Origin: Candidatus Rokuibacteriota bacterium | GTDB taxonomy: Bacteria; Methylomirabilota; Methylomirabilia; Rokubacteriales; CSP1-6 | Assembly: GCA_003221695.1 (NCBI GenBank) | Contig: QHSX01000064.1 | Coordinates: forward strand, 9,048 to 73,047 | Direction of reading: 5' to 3' | DNA length: 64,000 nucleotides | Shown: in pieces, positions 59,799-64,000 of the stretch | Numbering within the stretch: position 1 is the first letter of the stretch | Layout of the letters: every line of letters starts with the position of its first letter | Position numbers and translations under genes: made by a program | The notes under the pieces: generated by a model | Told to the model about the DNA's origin: nothing | The model's database searches: none | What the model saw: the letters and a program-made list of their open reading frames with translations, nothing else

Positions 59799-60710
59799 AC
59801 GCTGAAGCGGGTCGAGGCGGGTGTCCTCAGCGTCGCCTATGAAGAGAGTGGTGCCGCGAGCGGCACACCAGTTTTGCTTCTGCACGGTTTCCCCTATGAC
59901 GTTCACGCCTACGATGAGGTCACGCCTCTTCTTGTTTCGGCGGGGTGTCACGTTATTGCACCCTTCCTGCGCGGGTACGGGCCCACGCGCTTCTTGTCTC
60001 TCGATACGCCGCGCTCGGGACAGCAGGCGGTGCTGGCCCACGATCTCGTGGCCTTCATGGATGCGCTCCAAATTCAGAGGGGTGTGCTGGCGGGCTACGA
60101 CTGGGGAGGTCGTGCTGCTTGTATCGTCGCTGCGCTGTGGCCTGAGCGGGTAAGGGGGCTGGTATCAGGGGGCGGTTACAACATTCAGTACATTCCCGGC
60201 TATATCGAGCCACAAGCGCCGGAGAGAGAGTTTCAACTGTGGTACCAGTACTACTTCCATGGCGAGCGTGGGCGGGCCGGTCTGGAACAGAATCGCTACG
60301 AGTTTTGCAAACTTCTGTGGCGGCTTTGGTCCCCGAACTGGCATTTCGATGAGGCGACCTATGAACGCACTGCTGGTTCTTTCAACAACCCGGACTTCGT
60401 CGCTGTGGTGATTCATTCCTATCGGCATCGCTTTTCGCTGGTGCCCGGAGACCCGGCGACCGAGGTTACCGAACGCCGGTTGACCCAGCGACCGCCGATT
60501 GCCGTGCCGACGATCGTGCTGCACGGAGGTGATAACGGAGTCACGCCGGTAGCTAGCTCCGAGCGCCACCATCGGTTCTTCACAGCCGCATATGAGCGCC
60601 GAGTGATTCCGCTGGCGGGCCACAACTTGCCCCAGGAAGCGCCCCAGGACTTTTCGGCGGCGGTGCTCTCCCTCGTTAACCGTGCCAAAGAAGAACTCCG
60701 ATCGGCCTAA
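59799..60710 (+). CDS. Cassette: alpha/beta hydrolase (epoxide hydrolase-like), non-canonical start
   Basis: LLHGFP, GYDWGG, GHNLPQE; strong RBS precedes ACG/CTG. Confidence 0.82.
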   Translation, partial: TLKRVEAGVLSVAYEESGAASGTPVLLLHGFPYDVHAYDEVTPLLVSAGCHVIAPFLRGYGPTRFLSLDTPRSGQQAVLAHDLVAFMDALQIQRGVLAGYDWGGRAACIVAALWPERVRGLVSGGGYNIQYIPGYIEPQAPEREFQLWYQYYFHGERGRAGLEQNRYEFCKLLWRLWSPNWHFDEATYERTAGSFNNPDFVAVVIHSYRHRFSLVPGDPATEVTERRLTQRPPIAVPTIVLHGGDNGVTPVASSERHHRFFTAAYERRVIPLAGHNLPQEAPQDFSAAVLSLVNRAKEELRSA

Positions 60711-60786
60711 CATCACGTTGGACCCGACGGCCCACCTCCCTCGCCGGGGCTCGCTCGGTGGCCGCAGGTCAACGTGAGCGTTAGGC
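60705..60786 (+). other. attC site 12
   Basis: GCCTAAC..CACGTTG[G]ACC..GGTCAACGTG..GTTAGGC. Confidence 0.9.
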
Positions 60787-60791
60787 CGACC

Positions 60792-61307
60792 ATGACGATA
60801 CTGATGGGTTTTCTGCTGTTACTACAGCAAGCGTCGACTCTTCAAAGCACGTGCCCTGATCTGTCTGGCCGCTACGTCAAACAAAGTGAGGACGGGCGAG
60901 TCTACATCTCTATCAAGCAAACTCGCTGCGAGTCGATCGAGATCGATTGGGACGGGGAGACTCACGTCCTGCGACTCGATGGCAAGTCTCATGAAGACAC
61001 CAGCTGGTTTGGCGGCACCGGGAAGCAGCTTACCTCGGCAACATTTCGCTCTAAGATCCTCGAGCTCATCGCAAGACCTGAGAAGGCCGCAGACGCATCC
61101 GCCTTCCTTTGGAAGCTCGCCTTTGAGCTACTCTCTAATGGAGATCTTTGCGAACGGTTCCTCAGTTCCCATGGGTCTTCGTCGTCCGTGGCCGGACGCC
61201 AGAGGTCGAGCGACCCGTCAGCAGAAGACGAAGCCGCTCGACGTTCATCGGAAGCACGAGATCCGTCGGACCCTTATCAGGCCCTCGGTTGTCCACGGAG
61301 AAAGTAG
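60792..61307 (+). CDS. Cassette: hypothetical exported protein
   Basis: Signal-like N-terminus, CPDLSGRY. Confidence 0.6.
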   Translation: MTILMGFLLLLQQASTLQSTCPDLSGRYVKQSEDGRVYISIKQTRCESIEIDWDGETHVLRLDGKSHEDTSWFGGTGKQLTSATFRSKILELIARPEKAADASAFLWKLAFELLSNGDLCERFLSSHGSSSSVAGRQRSSDPSAEDEAARRSSEARDPSDPYQALGCPRRK

Positions 61308-61338
61308 TGCCGTCACGGATAGAGGCGTAGGTGATGAA

Positions 61339-61821
61339 ATGGTGACGTGGAAGGAGTTCGCCGCTGCCGAGCGCGACCTGGCCGAAACGGGCCGCTCGCT
61401 TCTCCTTCATAAGTCTGGCGTAGGGCTGGCCTTTCTGGCGACCGTGCGCAAGGACGGTGCCCCGCGCCTCCACCCGCTGTGCCCCGTCCTTTCCGACGAC
61501 CGTCTCTTTGTCCTCATTACACCCGCTTCACCGAAGCGCCACGACTTGCTGCGGGATGGCAGGTACGCTCTTCAGACGTTCTCGCAGCCGAAGCCTGGAA
61601 GCGACGAGTTCTACGTCGCAGGCAAAGCCATCTTGGTTGAAAATCCGGCGGTCCGTGGCGCAGTGTTTCGAGACGCGAAACACATGGCAAACGCGTCTGA
61701 AGTTCTGTTTGAACTGTGGATCGATCGGGTCATGCATACGCGATGGGAGAACGTACTAACGCCACAGATGCGCCCAGTGCACAGGAAGTGGCGCGCGCCG
61801 GGAGCCGCGAGTTCCGCCTAA
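61339..61821 (+). CDS. Cassette: pyridoxamine 5'-phosphate oxidase-like protein
   Basis: LATVRKDGAPRLHP, KRHDLLRDGRYAL; stop in R''. Confidence 0.82.
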   Translation: MVTWKEFAAAERDLAETGRSLLLHKSGVGLAFLATVRKDGAPRLHPLCPVLSDDRLFVLITPASPKRHDLLRDGRYALQTFSQPKPGSDEFYVAGKAILVENPAVRGAVFRDAKHMANASEVLFELWIDRVMHTRWENVLTPQMRPVHRKWRAPGAASSA

Positions 61822-61902
61822 CCGGCGCATGGAGCCGCCCGGCATGATCCCGGCTGCTTCTCTCAAGCCTCTCTGCGCCGGCGGCTCATGCGCACGTTCG
61901 AC
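61816..61902 (+). other. attC site 13
   Basis: GCCTAAC..GCGCATG[G]AGCCG..CGGCTCATGCGC..GTTCGAC. Confidence 0.9.
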
Positions 61903-62031
61903 TTCACACCCATCTGGGCCGAACTCGGCCTGGAGCGACCGGAATAGGCACCAGCCGCCGACGCTCGATGGGTCGGTGATGCGTGAGCTGCCTTGACACA
62001 ATGGGGCGTAAGACTCTCAGGAGCGGCGAGC

Positions 62032-62538
62032 ATGCGTGAGGAACCGGAACAGATCCGGCGAAGGCGGGTCCCCGTCAACTGGGACGATCTCAAGATGGCG
62101 CTGACCTGGCGCAGTGACGAGCTGGAATACTTTCTGGATCTGCGCAGCGGCGAGGTGCGACAGTACCGGCTATCCGCGTTCACGGATGGCGCTGAGGATT
62201 TCGAACTCTCCGAGGACGAAGCGACCGCGGGACTCGCGGAAGGCTCCCTCGTGCGAATCGAGCGACTCGAGGCGTCCATGGAGTACGGCTGGATGACGGA
62301 GTTCGCGGCGTCGGTGACCAACACGCGTCTGCGCGATCGTTTGGAGATCGCGCTCGACGGCCGCGGCGCCTTCCGACGGTTCAAGGACGTGCTGGCGGAG
62401 TACCCTACGGAGCGCGAGCGATGGTTCCGGTTCCACGACGAGCGCGTGCGGAAGGCGATGCGCGAATGGTTGGAGGAGCACGACATCGAGCCGACGACAG
62501 CGCCGCCAGAGCGTCGGGAAGAAATGACGAGCGAGTAG
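62032..62538 (+). CDS. UPF0158 family protein
   Basis: YFLDLRSGEV, GRGAFRRFKD. Confidence 0.8.
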   Translation: MREEPEQIRRRRVPVNWDDLKMALTWRSDELEYFLDLRSGEVRQYRLSAFTDGAEDFELSEDEATAGLAEGSLVRIERLEASMEYGWMTEFAASVTNTRLRDRLEIALDGRGAFRRFKDVLAEYPTERERWFRFHDERVRKAMREWLEEHDIEPTTAPPERREEMTSE

Positions 62539-62745
62539 TCTCCCTCCCGACCGAGAGAAACTCCGGCACGTGAGACAAAGTGCGGTTGCTCTCTCCACTA
62601 ATCTAATGAGAGGACCTGGCGGAGCGAAGAATTCCGGCTGACAGCGAGCATCGCCTGTTAGGACGTATCCAGAAATAGGCCTGGGCTCCGGCGCGTCCAT
62701 GCGCGATGATTGAAGTGAAGGTGACTCTGCGTAAGGAGGGACGAC

Positions 62746-62988
62746 ATGGCGAAGCAACTGAAGTGCGCTGATGTTGACCCGAAGATGCGGGGCTGCAGCT
62801 TCGTGGCCGAAGGCAGGGACGAGGCCGAGGTGATGAAGAAGGCCGCTGACCACGCCAAGAGCGCTCACGGTATGGCTGTGATCCCGCCGGACGTCGAGCG
62901 GAAGGTGCGAGCTGCGATTCGCGACACTGGCGGATCTAAGGACATTGCAGGCAGGGACGTCAAGCTTGGAACGAGCAAACTCGGGTAG
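62746..62988 (+). CDS. DUF1059 small metal-binding protein
   Basis: LKCAD..GCSF..EVMKKAADHAKSAHG; AAGGAGG RBS. Confidence 0.8.
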   Translation: MAKQLKCADVDPKMRGCSFVAEGRDEAEVMKKAADHAKSAHGMAVIPPDVERKVRAAIRDTGGSKDIAGRDVKLGTSKLG

Positions 62989-63176
62989 ACACGCGGCGCC
63001 CGATCGCGTGCGTTGTTTTGCGCTATCCGACTCCGAAAACCGTGCGAAGTTGAATGCGCGTAAGTCGGCTGAGTACGTGTATGTCGCGAGCGATCAGCCA
63101 GCGAACGCGTAGACGGGTCGCGCGGTTACACGGAAGATCGCGGAAAGAGGAGAGGGCCGGCTCATCACCGGCCCTC

Positions 63177-63223
63177 GACTTCGAATCCGAAGGTCGCAGG
63201 TTCGATCCCTGCCGGGCGCACCA
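63177..63223 (+). pseudogene. 3' half of tRNA-Arg(UCG), att-site core
   Basis: CTTCGAA anticodon loop, GCAGG-TTCGATC-CCTGC T arm, CGGGCGC-ACCA; 5' acceptor strand and D arm absent. Confidence 0.85.
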
Positions 63224-63260
63224 TGTTCTTTCAAGCACTTGAACGCGCATGCCTCGCACG

Positions 63261-64000
63261 CTATGCCTCAGCGGTGCCGGTTTTGGTGCCGGTTGCGGCG
63301 CTCGATGTGCCTTGGGCGAGTTTCTCGACCGCGGCGCGAATATGATCAGGACTCAGGTGAGCGTACCGCTGCACCATAATCGGTGTCTTCCAGCCGCCGG
63401 CGCGCTGGACCGTGTAGAGGTCGACCCCGGGGGTCATCGCCAAGCGGCTGGCGAACGTGTGGCGGAGGTCGTGGAAGCGGAAGTTGGGGATCCTCGCCGC
63501 CGTGACGGCCGGCCGCCAGTACCGCTCGAAGTTGTGCAGGTACTTCCCCTCGGGCGAGCAGAACACGAACGGGCCGAGGACCTTGCGCTCGCGCTTGATC
63601 GTATGGAGCGCCTCTCGAACGACGCTGTTCATCGCCACCCATCGGCCGTCGCCAGCCTTGTCGCGGCGAATCCGGATGCTGCCGGTCTTCTCGTCCACGT
63701 CTTCCCACTGGAGCGCGCGCAGCTCGCCCAACCGCATCCCGGTGTGGAGCGCGACGGTGATGAGCGGGCGCATCCACGCAGGTACGGCGTCGAGAAGGCG
63801 TGCCTCCTCCTCGGGGCTCAGGCAGCGATTGCGGGCGTTGTGCTCTCGCGCGAGCTTGATTGGGGTCACTGGATTGTTGGTGAGCCGGCCCTGACGGATC
63901 GCGCGGTTGAACACCGCCTTCACAAACTTCAAGTAGTGGTTGACCGTGGCGATGGCTCGTCCATCGCCGAACGAGGCGCGGAAGTCCTCGATCTCCCTCG
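63261..64000 (-). CDS. Phage-type tyrosine integrase (start beyond the window)
   Basis: TGMRLGE, HDLRHTFAS, GW..VQRY; frame open to the window end. Confidence 0.9.
   Translation of the reverse strand, partial: REIEDFRASFGDGRAIATVNHYLKFVKAVFNRAIRQGRLTNNPVTPIKLAREHNARNRCLSPEEEARLLDAVPAWMRPLITVALHTGMRLGELRALQWEDVDEKTGSIRIRRDKAGDGRWVAMNSVVREALHTIKRERKVLGPFVFCSPEGKYLHNFERYWRPAVTAARIPNFRFHDLRHTFASRLAMTPGVDLYTVQRAGGWKTPIMVQRYAHLSPDHIRAAVEKLAQGTSSAATGTKTGTAEA

Larger units (their letters stand above)
50283..61902 (+). mobile_element. Integron gene-cassette array without intact integrase (CALIN)
   Basis: 13 attC sites between co-oriented short genes; visibly lower GC than the left flank; start-of-cassette R' complements own R''. 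Confidence 0.93.

Noticed and set aside
50933-61902. attC hairpins as rho-independent terminators
   Set aside because: No U-tracts; they have AAC/GTT ends, extrahelical bases and cassette-level complementarity.
62601-62663. Additional attC (ATCTAAT...GTTAGGA) after the UPF0158 gene
   Set aside because: R'' lacks AAC and the internal arms do not pair convincingly.
63177-63223. Functional tRNA-Arg gene
   Set aside because: The 5' acceptor strand and D arm are missing.
63261-64000. Tyrosine recombinase as the array's integron integrase
   Set aside because: Lacks the IntI-specific insertion and the VRSPLD tail; sits beside a tRNA att core like a phage or island integrase.

Overview
High-GC bacterial chromosome segment; gene style is suggestive of Candidatus Rokubacteria/Methylomirabilota, which is an inference only. 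About 1-49.8 kb is ordinary metabolic and transport content: several ABC systems, biotin carboxylase/BCCP, RND pump, acyl-CoA ligase, glycosyltransferases, a REC-PilZ-GAF histidine kinase, thiolase/DUF35/CoA-transferase, cimA and a tannase-family esterase. It also carries REP-like intergenic repeats and four sigma54-type promoters. About 50.0-62 kb is an integron gene-cassette array that the ORF track does not show: 13 attC sites, plus a possible 14th, separate co-oriented small genes, including a hicAB cassette. No intact integron integrase is present. A ~15-codon remnant resembling an IntI C-terminus (AGAVRSPVDRMFTS*) lies on the cassette strand, directly behind a sigma70-like promoter and ~170 bp before an attI-like site, suggesting a 'reverse' integron whose intI was deleted. 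An IS1182-family element is inserted exactly at the GTT of one attC core, duplicating GTT and regenerating a consensus core. The window ends with the 3' half of tRNA-Arg(UCG) next to a phage-type tyrosine integrase. All calls come from reading the sequence; no searches were run.
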